Part shown: positions 25,261 through 38,160 of the stretch, one piece after another
How the letters are laid out: each line of letters begins with the position of its first letter
How positions within the stretch are numbered: position 1 is the first letter of the stretch
Assembly: GCA_028534125.1 (NCBI GenBank)
Contig: CM052816.1
Coordinates: 31,622,001 to 31,686,000 of the forward strand
Reading direction: 5' to 3'
Source of the DNA: Lama glama
Lineage: Eukaryota
Length of the DNA stretch: 64,000 nucleotides
Notes under the pieces: generated by a model
Seen by the model: the letters and a program-made list of their open reading frames with translations, nothing else
What the model was told of the DNA's origin: nothing
Database searches by the model: none
Made by a program: the position numbers and the translations under genes

Positions 25261-27270
25261 TAACTTTCCAACTAGAAAAAAATGACTCAAAAAGTTGTGG
25301 TCTTGCACTGAAGCCAACAGACTCAAGGTGCCTTCCTTAGTTAAAAAGTAGAACAAGAGATAACGGTTGATCAAGTTTGCCCATGTAGCAGTCTTGGAAA
25401 CCTTGCCAAGAATGAGGGCTGTGGCTACTGGCAGGTTGAGACTGCTAGAATCCAACAGTGGTTCTCATTTACTGCCGAATCTCCCAAGTACCTAATGCAG
25501 ATAAAGCAGGTTCTCAATATAATTTAAAAAATAATTATAAGCTTGAACAAAACAAATCAATGCTATTACCCTTCATTTCATAATCTTAGAATAATATCTT
25601 GATTCTGTTCCCACAGTCATATAAGCAATAATTAAATATTATTGCTACTTTTGTACCTCAAAATCATCCGTATCTTAAAAAAAAAAACCACTTATCACAG
25701 CATTATTTTTCATTTTAGATACTGGGCCAATCCTGAAGATAAATACTAAACTTGCCACATGCACAAAATTTAATTCTTCTCCTTAAAAACAGACAGTGAA
25801 ATAAAACAAGTTTTTTCATCCTTACCAAAACAGGCAAATACTCTGTCCTAACAAATGTGAAAAATATAGTATAGAGTAAATGACATTTTGCAGAATATCA
25901 AATACTAACACATATTTAAAAATGTACTTTCTAGAAAGCAGTGATTTATTTTGAAACGTAGTAGGGTTATAGTAAGCCTAATAAAGCCTATATCAACACA
26001 GGAAATGTTACTAATTTATAATTCAAGGAACGCTTTATCTAAAATGTAGTCTTTGCTAATTGATTAGAGTAGTGAGATAGTGGTATTTAACCTATACTTA
26101 GAGAAATTGCTTTGACAAAGTTAAGTTTTATTAGCTTGTTGGTCAACTTGTATTTTGATAATTAAATTCAAGTGTTGGAGCACTTCCTAGATGTATTATG
26201 CCACAGTGTCATATTAAATCAAGCAGGCTTTGAATCCACATTTTACACGATATAAAAATTTACATGAAAATTTAAGAACATTTGCTATATATTTTCTTTG
26301 ATTTTGATAGAACATTTCTTCTAGCTTTTCTTTTTTATACACTTTGAATAAAGAACATAAGAATTTAAAATAAAGATGAATAAAAAACCCTTCTCTAACA
26401 TATGTAATGAGTACCTATATTACAGAAAAACAGTAATATCATTTCTTAAAAATATCTGAAGCTACAATTTGCCAGTTCTATTTCTTTAAATAACAATATC
26501 CTTTGAATTTTGTTTGTTAACAGTGAGTTCAAACTTGTGGGCTCCTACAATTATCTCCTTACAATGAGATAAAAGTCAGAGACACATGGGGTCTTTCTCA
26601 ATTTCCTGGGACTTGACCCAAGGTCAACAGTAATTATTTTAATCAGCTACATCTGGGTTACAACTCTTGCTCTAAGGCAGGGCAAGTTACTCTCTGCCCA
26701 GAGAAGTTAACACTAAGAGTTGATTTCTCAACAACAGCAATGCAAGAACTAAGACAGAGTAGTAATAGCTTTAAACTGAATAAAGCAGTCATCAAACTAG
26801 AATTGAATACTAATTAATATTATCTTTCAACAATGAGCATGAATAAAGACATTTTCATTATTGGCAGCCTCTCCCTAGAGAAACCTATAAAAGAAGCCCC
26901 ACGACAAAAGAATAATGATCACAGGAGGAAGGTCAGAGATGTAGAAGAGACAGAATGCACAAAATGGTAAACACACAGGCAGTGTGCCCACAAGGGAGTT
27001 ACTCTGCAGCATTTCCAAGGAGATACGCATGATTTTCTCAATTTCAAATCCCAAGAAAATCAGTTGAGAAACTGAGAAAATTTGGAAAAGTACAATTCTT
27101 CTCCGAGGCTTAGAGTTTAATCAACACAGAGATGTGTTGGCTCAAAGGAATCCACCAATGTCATGTACAAAGCAAAAAGCAAGGTCTGGAAACACTAGCA
27201 GGTGCCTGGGTTATGGAAGAGAAAAGTCACCATTATCTAATCCATCTTGCTTATAATGCTACCAGGTTCT

Positions 27271-27470
27271 TTTCTTATTTACTCTGTAGGTGTATTTTTT
27301 TTTAACTGAAGTATAGTCAATTTACAATGTCGTGTTAATTTCTGACATACAGAATAGTGATTCAGTTGTACACACATAGACACACACACACATATATATT
27401 CCTTTTCATATTCTTTTTCATTACAGGCTATTACAAGGTACTGAATATAGTTCCCTGGCTATACAGTAGG
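27271..27470 (-). mobile_element. 5'-truncated artiodactyl-type L1 3' end
   Basis: T-tract then GAAGTATAGTCAATTTACAATG...AATATAGTTCCCTGGCTATACAGTAGG; TSD TAATGCTACCA(G/T)GTTCT at 27254-27270 and 27471-27487. Confidence 0.8.
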
Positions 27471-28179
27471 TAATGCTACCATGTTCTAAGAGCGCCTTTG
27501 TGGACCTCTCTGCTGCCAACAATGAGTAATTCTTGCAAATAAATTAAGATTAAGACATTTATATATATAACATACTCTATGCAATTCCTTTAAGTGGCAG
27601 TCTAAAAAAATAATAAGCTTTGGTAGCAGAGTAAGTCCTTAAATTGGCAACATTGACACATGATTCTGTGAAGCACTGTGGGTCTTGCTAGGAGATTGGA
27701 ATGATACATTTTTTTTTTAATACTACCCAATAATGGCTGCTGGTTTTTCCACTGATAGATTATTCACTATAGGCTGCCGCTAAAGGAAATGAGAAGCAAA
27801 GACGATGTGAATGCTCAATGTTATGGAATATCCTTTTATAAATTCAGAAACTGATCTAAAATACAAAGTAGTAAAACATTGTATCAGTTTCAACACCAAA
27901 ACTAAAACCAGGACAAGCAGATAAAATATTTTATCACTATCAAATTATTACAGAAGGACATGAGCTTATATGAAGGACCTATACCCTAATACCAACTTAA
28001 GCAGGCTTTTGGATTCACCCTTAGAGATACGACTAATGTCAACCAAAAAATTAAGAAATTTTCTATGACTGATGACATATTTTTACACTTTGTGGCTGAA
28101 CCGTAAAGAATTTCTGGTACGTGTGTGTGCAGATATTCATACGTATGTGTGTGTGTCTGAATGGTCCAGGGGAGAGAGG

Positions 28180-28800
28180 GAGAAAGTGTAAACGTAGCAC
28201 AATGTTAAAAACAATACTACGGGCTGTAGCGGAAGCTTCAGCTAAGGTGATGTTCCGAGAGAAAATTATACTTGTAATTGCTTATATTAGGAGAAAAATA
28301 AATGGCAGAAGAAGTTAGAGAAAGAAAAACAGAAAAAAAATTCCAATGAAGTAGAAGGAATGGAATAATAAAATATGATCAGAAATAAATTAAATAAAAT
28401 ACATACACATATAACAAAAAGGATCACGGTGCTCTGAAACAAAACCAAACAAAATCAAAGTTGGTGCTTGGAAAGGCTTAAGTTAAAAAAATCTTTGTCA
28501 AGATTAATCAAGGAAAAAAGGAAGTACAAATAAACAGTAATAGTAATGAAAACGGAGAGAGAACTCTGGATAGAACATAGATCAAAAGGACAAAACAAGT
28601 ATAAGTTTGATATCAAAACGTGACAGATACTATAAAAATTAAAATGTTGGCTATTTTTAATAATAAAATATATACAAATATTCTAAACAAAGTATTAATG
28701 AACCAAAGAAGCAATATAAAAAATATAATTATGATGAAGTTGTGCTATCCCAGAAATGGAAAGGTATTTAATCATTAGACAATCTATTAGTTTATTTTCA
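28180..28800 (+). mobile_element. Degraded L1 ORF2 fragments
   Basis: A-rich, with AAAATCAAAGTTGGTGCTTGGAAAG, CAAGATTAATCAAGGAAAAAAG and CTATCCCAGAAATG. Confidence 0.55.
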
Positions 28801-29009
28801 GTCCCTCCTTTCTAGTAATATAAGTGTTTCAAGGACATAAAATTTCCTCTGTGCATGGCTTGAGTTATGTTCTCCTGGTCTTGGTTAAAAGTTTTTTTTT
28901 TTTCTCATTTTTGAAAAGTTGTAGGTAATATTTGATTTCAGTTTTAATTTCCTCTGTGATACAGATATTTTTTATAGTGAATTCTTACTTTTCACACAGT
29001 TCTGATAAT

Positions 29010-29232
29010 TGACATTACTATATATAAAATAAACAACAAGGACCTACTGTATAGCACAGGGAACTATATTCAATTTCTTGTAATAACATATAATGGAAAA
29101 GAATCTGAAAAAAATACATATATATACAAGTATGTATATGTATAACTGAATCACTTTGCTATACACTTGTAACTACTATTGTCATTAATCAATGACACTT
29201 CAGTAAAAAATCAACTGCACTTCAGTAAAGAA
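29010..29232 (+). mobile_element. Artiodactyl-type L1 3' end
   Basis: ACAACAAGGACCTACTGTATAGCACAGGGAACTATATTCAA...ATAACTGAATCACTTTGCT. Confidence 0.8.
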
Positions 29233-30449
29233 CAAGATTTTAAAAAATTTTGATAGTTGGCTTTACTGGATTATGGTTACAGAATATGGCCTATCAATTT
29301 CTAATTTTAGAATTTATTAAGCTTTATTTATCCAAGTACACAATTGGTTTAAAAAAAAAAAACAGTTGCATAAGCATGAAAAAGCAAAGAAAATTTTATT
29401 GTGCCATACAAAATTTTGCATGTATCCTATGTTCTCCTCTCTCCAAATAACTATAAAAGTACAGATACATGTTTATATTGGTTGTATTATTTAAATCCTC
29501 TATCTCCTTGATTCATTAAATTCTAAGGGACATATAATAAGAAGTATCATTTTGTTTTCATCTTCATCTCTCTGGAGTTTGAGGAATTTCTGCTTTATAC
29601 ACTTAGCAGTTCTTACTTGATGACTGAACTTTGCGGTCATTTTTTCTTCTTGATGGATTGTAACTTTAATTACTACATAACATGCCTCTTTGTCTCATGA
29701 AATGCTTTTGGCTTTGAAGGTCCTTTTATCACATCAGGTATGTTTCTGTTTTCTTTTAGTTTGAATTTGCCTTATATATCTTTTGCGTAATCTTTTATTT
29801 TTGACATTTCTCTATCATTCTGTTTTTAATATATTACATGTAACACAGTACAGGATTTTTAACCCAGTCCAACTGTCTCTGTCTTTCTATGGGGGAATCC
29901 AACATTTTCTGTTTATTGCAACAACCAGTGTACATGGCTTTCTTTTTTCCAAGTTATTTCATTTTCACCATTTAATACACTTCTTGGTTCTTTTCTTTTC
30001 TCCTTTCCCTACTTTACTGCATCAGTGAATTGTCTCTTCATTCTACCTCCACTCCTCAACGTGTCATGCTTGACTTCTCCCTCTGCTCTCTGGTGCCTGT
30101 CCTCACTGACCAGGTAAAACTTTTAGGAAGAGATGCTGGTACTTTACCACCAGTCCCCTTCATGTCCTGGGTTATACTGAGATAATTTAGAATTTCAAGT
30201 ACCAGGCTAACTCATTACCATCTACATTAACCTTCATCACCTATAATGAAAGGCTGGTGCTCATTTCCGTTGGCTCTCTGCTCTCCTCTATGTTGAGATC
30301 TCTGTTTTGGTTCAGTGAGAGTACTTTCCTTACTGTTTCTTTCAACATACAGTATGGAGTAGAATGCTTTCTGAAAACCTATGTTTCCAAATATCTTTGT
30401 ATTAATTTTCTATTGCTGCATAACAAATGAACATGAACCTTACAATTTA

Positions 30450-31352
30450 TAAAACCACAATGGCCTATCACATCACGCCTGTTAGAATGGCCATCATCCA
30501 AAACACAAGCCGTAACAAATGCTAGCAAGCACATGGAGAAAAAGGAATGAAACTGTGCACTGTTGTTGGGAATGCACATTGGTGTAGCCACTATGGAAAA
30601 CAGTATGGAAGATCTTCAAGAAACTAAAAATAGAACTACCACATGATCCAGCAAATAATTCCACTTCTCGGGATATATCTAAAGGAAATGAAAACACTTA
30701 ACTTGAAAATATATCTGCACCCCCATGTTCATAGAAGGATTATTTACAATAGTCAACACGTGGAAACAACCCTAAGTGTCTATGGGTGGATGAATGGATA
30801 AAGAAATTTTGATATACATATATAATGGAATATTACTCAGCCACAAAAATGAGGAAATCCTACATTTGTGACAACATAGATCAACTTAAAGGCATTATGC
30901 TCAACAAAATAAGTCAGACAGAGAAAGATAAATACTGTATGATCTCACTTAAATGTAGAAACTGGAAAAAAAAAAAAACCTCACAGAGAAAGAGATCAGA
31001 CTTGTGGTTACCACAGGCAGAGGGCAGGCAAAGAGAGAACTGGAGGAAGATGGTTAAAATGTACAAACTTCTAGTTATAAGATAAAAGTACAAGGGATGT
31101 AATGTACAACATGATGACTACAGCTAGCACTGCTGTATGATATGTAGGAAAGTTGTTAAGGGAGTTAATTTTGAGAGTTTTTATCTCAAGGAGAAAAATT
31201 TTTTTTTCTTTTTGTTGTATCTATATGAGATGATGGATGTTAGCTGAATCAACTGTGGAATCATTTCACAATAAATGTAAATCAAACCATCATACTATGC
31301 ACCTTAAATTTAGACAATGATTTATGTCAACTACTTAGTAAAACTGGGGAAA
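30450..31352 (+). mobile_element. L1MA/MB-type 3' portion inserted in an MLT-type LTR (host ~30398-31885)
   Basis: ORF2 C-terminal motifs (CCTGTTAGAATGGCCATCATC, MEYYSA) and 3' UTR; CCTTACAATTTA duplicated on both flanks; MLT motifs on either side. Confidence 0.75.
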
Positions 31353-34300
31353 ACCCTTACAATTTAAAAGACGTTTATTATCTCAAAATTGTATAGGTCA
31401 GAAATTCAGGCAAACTTGACTGAAATCTTTGCTTAAGGTTTCACAAGGCTGAAATCAAGGCTGGCCAAGATGTGTTCTTATCTTGAAATTCTGGGTAAGA
31501 ATTCACTTCTACACTCATGCAGATGGGTAACCAAATTCAGGTGGCCTTGTGATTATAGAGTTGGAGGTCCTCATTTTTTTGCTGACTATTAGCCAGGGAC
31601 CACTCTCAGCTCTCAAAGGCTGCTCACATCTCTTAGCATGTGGCCCCCTCCATCTTATAAGCCAGCAATGGTGTCAATCTCTGACTTCATCTCCTGTTAC
31701 CAATCAGAGAAATTTGTCTTTCTAAATTACTCATGTGATTGGGTCAGACTCACCTCCGTATCTTAACAGATACGGGGTTTTTAATCATATCTGCAAAATT
31801 CATTCACATCAGTATCCATCAGATTAATGTCTGACTAAAAAAGGACGAATGTTGGGATCCCATCTTTACAATTCTGCCTCCCATACCGTCTTCAAAGATG
31901 AATGATTAATGATGTATCACTGGAAACTGAGTTTTTGGACTACAGTTATTCACTTTCCATGACTCACTAATTTATTTCACTGTCTTCTATTTTCTAAGGG
32001 TGCCAATGAGACATCCTATGCTATTTGGATATTTTTTCATATATAAATAGCATCTTCCTCCCCTACTGAAATCTGTTAAGAACTTTTCTTGGTTTTCAGA
32101 ATTCAGGATACCCAGCATCAGTCTCCTGGAGCCACCCTCCAGACCTGTTACCATCTCCTACAGGGTATCTACCTTTGCATTTTAACTTTCTGTTGTGAGA
32201 TATTACTTTCTAAGAACTAATTCTGTGCTCAGGAGAAATCATTCTCTTTTTAAGTTCATTGATTCAATTCTCAAATGCAGAAAGGCTGGTATCTTGCCCC
32301 CTAAGTACTTTCAATGCTCTAGTTTTATCTCTTTGAGAGTTCCCATAGGTTTTTATTCAAATTCCCTTCCATTAATTCTAGTTCACTGGGAGCCATCTGT
32401 TCTGATGAGCTAGGTCCTGCTCTTCCATGTTACAGAGTCCCCTTGAACGGGTTGTAGATTTTCATCTGCTCATGGTCCTGCCTTCATTCCATACTTATGC
32501 TGTTATGCTGTTGGGATCTCACCACCGTGGCAACCCTGTGGTCATAGTCTTTTCCACACTTGTAGGCCAAGCATGTAAAGTGGAAACCTCTTACCTTTCT
32601 TTTGAGGTACTGGGGAGCTGTCTCCTCTCTCCACATCTAATGTACAGCAGTTCTCTCCAAACCAGAGCAAAGGGGAGCAATTTTGCCCAGTAAGGCATCC
32701 TGCCCGAGTCCCACTGGGATCAGAAAAATTAGGAGATCCTTTCCAGGACCTCACTGATGTACCCTCTCTTAGTGAGAAGCACCAGGATTTCTCTGCCTAT
32801 GACTCCTTGGGACACTGTTAACTGTACCATCTTTGCCTCAAGTTGGGTCAAGACTGAAAGGAGAGTTTCAAGAAGAAGTCATATCAGGATCTACAGAAGG
32901 TTTGGTGTCTTGGCTTAAATGAGAGCAATCAGGTGAAAACATCTTAATACATTACTGATTTTTTTTTTAACCTCCTTGATAATAAACAGAGAAAACAGTC
33001 TATCAAGATCCTGAGCAAGGCTTCTGGGAAGATGGCTGCCTGGATACCTGATCCTGAAGCTTTCCCACTGCTGACCTTCTGCTGTGCATTTAGGAAAGAG
33101 AATTTGGGTGGGGTTGTATTCCTCTTGGCTCTGGGAAGAAGCAAAGATCAGCAGTAGATATAAAAGTTGGCCTCCGATAATTTTGAGGTGTAAATCACAA
33201 GTTTTAAGAATCCCTGAAGGAAAAACAGCAGACAGAGGATGACAGACAACTATGGAAAGAGCAGCATCTAAAAATAATCTTTAAGGAGAGGCAAACTTTC
33301 TTTCTCTCTGGCCTCTGATTCCTTGTTCCGGTTCAGGGTGACAAGAGGGCTGAGCCTTCACATCCAACCTATACTTCAAAATAGCATGCATATGTGCACA
33401 CATGTGTGTATACCCAGACACACACATACCAACACAGAGAAAGACAGAGAGCAAAATTTTTCATATATAGTGATTATCTTTCAGTGTTGGAGTTATAGGT
33501 CATGATTTTCATTAAAATTTTTATATTATCTAAAACTCACTTCATGAGCATGCGTTCCTTTTAGAATAAAAAGCCATATTTTATAAAATATAATGGCTGC
33601 TACTGATCTGATTTTTCCTAAAATATCTAGGATAATTTGAGGCCCCTAAGAGCACTTGCTTTTTTGTGGAATCCCTATTCTATGCTATGAGAGTTTCACA
33701 AAGCTGACTGTTTTGATTGCAAAACCAAAACATTAAGGTTCTTGGAAATACTAAAGATCAAAGTGGAAATATATAGATAGCTTATTTATTATTGTCATTA
33801 TTGTTGTTGTTAAAATAGCCTTTCTTGATTTACATCTATTACTTGGATTCAAAATACTTAACTCATTGGGAAATTGACTAGTTTCCTATTATACATAAAG
33901 TGAAAACAAACAAAAGAATATAGCCTGCTATATCAAATTTTTTGTCCTCCTTTACTCACCTATTTACCAAATTAGGTGCACAGCCATTGGCAGATTCACT
34001 CACCCATCCATCCATCCACCCGTTTATCCAACATCCATCTTTCCACTCATGTATCTCTTAAAGATATGGAATGCAAGGCACTGTGATATGCACAATAAGG
34101 GAAGTGTCCAGATAATGCCTTGACTCTCAAAAATTTTACAATGTCGTTGGGGAAACAAATGGTGTAAAATTCATACCTCAAGAGAAAACAAGTCTCTAAC
34201 AGGTTGATCCTCAGTCGTGGTAGATTAGTAATAAGAGTGATAAAGCATGAAATATTAATTGGAAGAAGGAAATCATGTGGAGTCTCTCATTTAAGCAGTC

Positions 34301-35469
34301 TTTATAGAAAATGAACTTCAGCTGCACTGCTAAACACACACACATACACAACACCAATGTTTTGGAGGGAGAGAGCAAAATAACTTGAGAAAACAGAAAA
34401 GAAGCCAAACACTGCAGCCAGGGTGCCTACCCTCCACAGGTGACACCTGATGAGAACACCATTTGCACCTGCCCCGCAGATCACCAGGTCATGGAGTCTG
34501 CTCAGAGTGAGAGCCTTTATATGTGGTCTCAGATTCAAGACTACGGCACCTTACTGAGTAGAAAATTAACGAGGAGATAGTTTCCAGTTGATTTACTCTT
34601 TGAGATGCTACCAGATCCATCTCTTCTAGTCACTGTTCATTATGTATTCATGAGCCGGGCTGGCTATCTTTCATCCTTTATTGTATTCAAGGAAGAAAAA
34701 AAGCCACATAAAACCATTTTCCTGGCTGAATGGGTGAAATAATTTAAAAGCCAATATGTTAGGCTGGCAGCTTGTCTAACAACCATGAGATTCTCTTCAG
34801 AACAATAATTAAAGTAGCTCTTTCTTTATAATATAAATTATTCATTCACTTTTTAACACCAGGTGAATGTTTATGTTTATACGGAATGAGTACTGACGAC
34901 AGTTTTGCCATTGCAAAAGTCACCTCCCATTAGATTGTCGCACTTTCATCATGAAATGAAGTTACGGCACAGCTGCTTCCCTGAAATGAATACCTTCAAC
35001 TTACACCAGTATAAGACTATACAGTAAGAGTAATGCCATGTTTGCAGAGACTCGCTGACATTGTAAAAGCATGCATCTACTCAACAGGAACAGAAGTACC
35101 CTCAAGGGCAAGAAAACATTTTGTGGGTATCTCCTTCTGTACATCCTGAAAACACTGGCAAATACACTAACCCCTGCGATGCAATTCGTGGAGACAAGAT
35201 GAGGAGATGGAGATTTCTTAATGCTAAGTTCAAGCAACGTTTTAAGACTCCAAAAATCCTTCAGGCACAAGTGATCCGACTCCTGATCTTTACACCGTCC
35301 GTCACCTCCTCCTGTACTCACTTCCCTCTTCACTTGCTTAGACTCCATGCTGTTGCTACAGTCACTTCTTGGTCCACATCCTGAATTCCCTTGGATCTAT
35401 CCCTCTGTAATACTCAGCTGACTGAACTCCACCAAGTTAAGTTCAACTTCCCACTAACATTTATTATTG

Positions 35470-35701
35470 TCGGTCTTTTAACTTTTGGCCATTATTATTT
35501 GAGTGTAGTGGTATTTCCCTGTGATTTTAATTTGTACTTTGCTGCTGAAGAATGATATTGAGCACTTTCCCATTTGTGTTTACCTATTGAGATATTATTT
35601 TATGACAAGCACCAGTTCAAGTATTCTGTCCATTTTTCCATTTGGGTCATTTGTCTTTTTCTTATTTATTTGTAGTTCTTTATATATTTATATATATTTA
35701 C

Positions 35702-35732
<31 letters not shown>

Positions 35733-35920
35733 TATGTATGTATGTATATATTCTGGATGTGTATCTTTTAATGTTTATATATATTCTAAATGTCTTCTCC
35801 GAGTCTAAACTGTATCTTTTCAATCACTTATTGGTGTCTTTGGATGAGAAGATTTATTTAATTTTAATGATGTTCAAGTTACCACTTTTTCCTTTATAGC
35901 TAGTGTTTTTATGTCTTAAG
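35470..35920 (-). mobile_element. Old L1 fragment containing a (TA)n microsatellite (35683-35750)
   Basis: GTAGTGGTATTTCCCTGTGATTTTAATTTG...ATATATTCTGGAT with an expanded TA run. Confidence 0.7.
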
Positions 35921-36899
35921 AAGCCATTGCTAATGAACTTACATTTATTAATTCACTGATAAAAACAGAAGCAACCAATAAACAGCTTCTATACCTTGTC
36001 TAACAACAAATCCATCAACCTACCTGCACTTCTACTTGTATACTCTGCCCTGGATCCTGCTACGATGAATGAATTTTCCCTGCTCCTTGCTAAGGCCAAA
36101 CCTCCCACTGCTTCCCATCCGCTCTCAACTCATTTAAGATCTTCTCTTGCATCTTTTTCCTCTTCTTCATCATCAATGTGTCCTTCTCCACTCAATCATT
36201 CCCATCAGTAAACAAACATGCTGTATTATCACCCATTGCAGGAAACCAGCAGGAAATTGATAGTTCCAAATTAGAATAATGTGAAAAGGTTTTATAAAAT
36301 GGCCATTTACAAAGACAAGGGCAGGATGGAGAGAAAACACGAAAGATACAAAGTGCCACAGGGTTTGTACAGTGACAATGCAGCCAAGCCTAGGTTCCTA
36401 TTGAAGAAAGAGATTACTGGCACTCAAAAAGAGTCAGTCATGCAGAATGACTTCCGAGAGAAGTAGTAAAGGGAACCAGCTAGCTCCTTCCTGCAGGGAT
36501 AGGGCTGGGGAATAAATATCATGAACTTACTTTCCCTTCTTCCTCCAATCTCCAACTGGGATTCTCCACTAGCCAAACTCAATTGGAAGCTAAAGATTAA
36601 GCAATTCTTTGTTTATGTAATCCATATGGGTCAGCTTTCTGGGGCATAGAGAAGGGTGGAGAATGATGGAGATAGCTCTGAAATGGCAAATGACAAGTAG
36701 ACAGCAGGGTCCATCCTTTACTCCTCTTATTATCAGCAACTGGGTGAGAAGTTTATGTCCCCAAAGAAGGGATACACCTTTCCTTCAGCTCCCATACTAG
36801 CACAAACTGATGCTAATTAGTCATAAGTTCATCTGAAATCTAGAATATTAGTATTACCAGTGTTCTCCATATAAGATAAGAGTGGAGGGAAGGGAAAAT

Positions 36900-38160
36900 A
36901 AGGAATTAAAGTCCCTACTTCTGCAGCCAAGCCAATACCTAAATTGGTTAATACGGCTGCCTTTTTGTAGATCACTCATGCCATGTTTCATTCAGTACCT
37001 TGTCTGGAGCAGCTCTTTATGGAAGTAAGTGATCAAAAACTCCATTCCTGTAAAATCAGGATACTTAATCATTGTATCATTACGGCACTGCCAAAGTTGT
37101 CCATGGGCCTATACTACTGGGCTAAGGAATATTGAGAGGCACTCCAGTAATTGTCTCAGGTTCCAAACACAGTCTTCTTTGTCCCTACTCTGTTGCATCA
37201 GCTTCTGGTTTTAGAAGGTTAGCCATTCAGCACAGTAGTAGCCAGAAAAGCGTAGGTCAAAAAAAAAAAAAAAGATTGTGATAGCCTTAATTGCAGGTGC
37301 CATGACCACATGGCACATGGATCTATTAAGTAGGTTCCAAGATGACTAGTAAAAGAGGCTGATATCTAGAAAATGAGTTCTTTTGTCCACCTGATTGTTG
37401 AAGGTCTACTCCAAAGTGGCTGCCCTCTGGTAATCATTTACCGGACATAAATATCTTCATACTCTATGCCACTCTGAGAGGGACATCTGCATCTCTCTTC
37501 CCCAGAACTTTCTCACTAATTTTCCAGTTTGTTCCTAACCCATGAGTAGCAGGTCAATGAAGTAGCTCCTGTCCATGAGTCAATGTACATTTGCACCTAA
37601 GACCATCTCCCTTTTAATGCCAAGTGGGCAATAGATGCACCACCCTAAACTCTGCCCACGGGGAGAATTTCCCTCCACCACTTCCCCCTCCCTCGAGCTC
37701 ACCTGGTGAGAATGTAGCATAGTAGCTGTTCTTCCCCAGCACATGGGGCAGATATACCTGTAAGCAGGCCCATGCTTTTCCCTCTTCCTTTAACCAGCCA
37801 GAGGGAATCAGTCATGAAGGCACAAGTGTGGGCTGAGGCGGACGCAATGAGTGGAAGGAGCAGGTACCGTTTGAGTCTGAGCCCCTTGATCATGCCATCT
37901 ACATTTGCCTTTTGGACCTGCTTAGACCTGGTCCCTACATTCAACTTCCATTTCATAATAGAGTTTGCCTTGCATGTCCAATTTTGTGGTTCAATGGGTT
38001 AGATAACGCCAGTACATGATTGGCAGTTGAGGTCCCATACTCCCTTGGTGACCCACAGCCATTCATGCAGTCACCATAAGGACTCAGTATCAAACCAGGA
38101 GCTAGGTTTTAAGCAGAGAATAGTTACTGGCAAAAGATAACAAGGTATTATTCAAAAATC
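36900..38160 (-). mobile_element. Highly degraded ERV-L/MaLR-type internal sequence
   Basis: Reverse-strand similarity to the ERV-L pol segment at 20760-21000 (AAATATCTTCA, TTCCCCAGA..., GCCCACTG-like motifs); no intact frame. Confidence 0.45.

Noticed and set aside
34860..35270. Non-repetitive-looking block with several CpGs and short ORFs
   Set aside because: No recognisable protein, poly(A) or TSD; cannot be classified without an alignment.
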